A DNA stretch of 64,000 nt, from positions 40,238,001 to 40,302,000 of the forward strand of contig NC_086379.1 of the NCBI RefSeq assembly GCF_036588685.1, read 5' to 3'. Numbering within the stretch: the stretch's first letter is position 1; every line of letters begins with the position of its first letter. Below the pieces are notes generated by a model. That model was given only the letters and a program-made list of their open reading frames with translations. It searched no databases and was not told where the DNA came from. This stretch comes from Mytilus trossulus. Its lineage: Eukaryota. Positions 61,884-64,000 of this stretch are shown piece by piece. The position numbers and the translations under genes are program-made.

Positions 61884-63304
61884 TTTTTTTCTGCAAAGTT
61901 CTCTTAACTGAGTGTCAAGAACAAATACTATCAATAAAAATCCAATAATAATTATATTTTCTTCAGGTGTAAAATTTCTTTCAAACTACTATAATTGTTC
62001 AAACGTCCTACATTGCAGCGAAAATCTATAGTGAAACAGAAATCTATAGTGAAACAGCGAAGTAAATTTTACAAAAAAACTACAGAAACTATCAATTTCA
62101 TATACTTTTTTCTTCTTACGATTTCTTGATGCTGTTTCGTGTTAGATTAATATTTTGAAAGTTCGTTTGTTCGCGTCGTCTAGATTCATCGATCAATTCT
62201 TCTGATTGGATTGTCCCGAACAGCCAGCCCATTCATCCATCCCACAATAATTATTTTATTTATACCTATACCACACATATTTCAATAATTACAGTGTTGT
62301 TTCCTTTTCATATCTTACTTTATTGATATAATTATGTTTTTTCTTGTATAACAAATCACAACATTTGCCAAATTGTAAATAAATCTTATACTTAATGAGC
62401 ATGCATTTTAAATAGTGTTAATATTTTACCAATAAACTTAAAGAATCAGGACGGAAAAGTTTAATAGTTTAATATTTCAAAATTTAAACATCTAATTAAG
62501 TGTTTTCACCTAATTAAAGATGAAATTACTGGTACAAATCAATAGAAGGATACACGTGGTATACATGAGACAGCAAAATATATTTTTATTTCAATTTTAA
62601 GAAAACTAGAATTATATTGATGTTTTAATACACCACAGATTTCCGCTCTCTTAGCTAAAATGTTTTATGATTCTGCATAATTGCAATCATTTGTAAAAAA
62701 TACTAAATTTAGATCGTGTATTTTTTTAACCACAGCTATTTACGAAACTATAATTTTGCTTACGCATTTTCCCTGTTGAGTATTGCATCATCATTATTGT
62801 GGCCAGGTAATTAAAGGCCGTTTTGGGTAAGTGCTTGGTGACACAACACTTTTAATTGAAAACAACCTAAAGCATCCATTGCGATAATTTGTATGACAGG
62901 CGCCATATCAGTGGTAATGTATTAACCTAAAATGAAAAGAATAGTAAACAATAAATAAGCTTTTTGAACCCAAAACATCATGGGATAAATAGCATGTTGT
63001 ACAAAATGTAGCTACATGTTTAAGATACATGTAATTGTGGAATGTGGTCGAGGAATGACGCCATATATGGACACGATTGTTTGCGTGTGTACGTGTACGT
63101 GTTATTGCATCTACAGGTGTGTAAAAATCGAGGTTTAAACGTTGATACCAAAAAAATATTATCAAAAATACGCACAATTCAGTGTAAACAAGATCCTGCA
63201 TCGAAATAAGATATTATGTTAGATTTTTTTTTTAAACTTTCGCATTGATTTAAATATTATGCTTCAAGTTCATGTTTGAAGTTTAAAGTGTTCTTCCTCT
63301 GGTT

Positions 63305-63720
63305 TAAAAGTTCCACCGGAACAAAGTGTCTAGTTGAAAAGTTCCAACGGAACAAAGTGTCTAGTTGAAAAGTTCCAACGGAACATATCAACTAGTTAGA
63401 AAGTTTCTTTTTGCCAAATTAGTCAAAACCGGAACTAACAAACTAGCCCAAAAGTTCCAACGGAACTTATCAACCAGTCACAAAGCTCCATTTAGAGAAT
63501 TGATGCAAAGGAAAAGCGCAACATATTATATTTGAACCTTTCAAAGTGAACCAAGATACTGATTACAAAAGTCAAAAGAAACTTTAAGTTATCAACTAGT
63601 CACATAGTTCCTCTTTGTCAAATTAGTCAAAACTAGAACTAACAAACTTGCCAAAAATTCCTACGGAACTTATCAATCAGTCACAAAGTTCCATTTCGAC
63701 AAAGTAAACTAATGGACTAA
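63305..63720 (+). repeat. Degenerate minisatellite (31-bp AAAAGTTCCAACGGAACAAAGTGTCTAGTTG units plus about 200-bp higher-order duplication)
   Basis: Three adjacent 31-bp units at 63306-63400. 63388-63492 recurs at about 63591-63694. Confidence 0.7.
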
Positions 63721-64000
63721 GTTCTAATTTATTTTTATTCATTAATCTGAAATTGATATTTTAAAAAGTACCCACATGAGGACGGGGTATTCTTCCTCTC
63801 TCTTGAGGGTACTATGAATACTTAATTTGCATGATAATGCAACTTATTCAGTTTTATGTGAGCAGCTATGAAATACATCTTATTCAGTTTTATGTGAGCT
63901 AGGAAATACAACTTTAAATTTTGCTAACTAGTTGTTCTGTTCAGCAAGAACTATTCAACCAGCTACATTGTTCTGGGACTTTCAACTAGCTACTTTTTCC

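Noticed and set aside
61884-61934. N-terminal extension of GPCR exon 1 given in the ORF track
   Set aside because: It starts at a non-ATG codon. The first ATG is at 61883.
62200-62275. CCAAT and TATA-like motifs upstream of the GPCR
   Set aside because: Their order is reversed for a minus-strand promoter, such motifs are common by chance in AT-rich DNA, and the transcription start is unknown.

Overview
AT-rich, intron-containing animal genomic DNA. The repeat families and gene content look molluscan (mussel/Mytilus-like; this is an inference, not a database result). Two protein-coding loci are supported, both on the minus strand. (1) A 3-exon rhodopsin-class neuropeptide GPCR of the SIFamide/NPFF-receptor type (61883-61532, 28061-27962, 25530-24774; 402 aa) with a 33.5-kb repeat-filled first intron. 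(2) A 2-exon SAM-like + HECT (G2E3-like) ubiquitin-ligase gene (3992-3927, 3000-1112) broken by a single 1-nt frameshift. The most striking structure is a cluster of IS3EU-type DNA-transposon ends (TACGG...CCGTA termini with arrays of the palindrome TTGTGCGCACAA). One orphan end at 6296 points inward at the HECT gene, which suggests a transposon carrying an E3 ligase. Two near-identical 3.4-kb copies (6368-9779, 9946-13335) form a 7-kb palindrome, and their 6-bp target-site duplications are reciprocally swapped, which shows that the 166-bp spacer has been flipped. The rest of the window is MITEs (Kolobok-like TTAA, Harbinger-like TTA, Tc1-like TA), a decayed Harbinger transposase, Helentron/SINE-like repeats and local tandem or inverted duplications.
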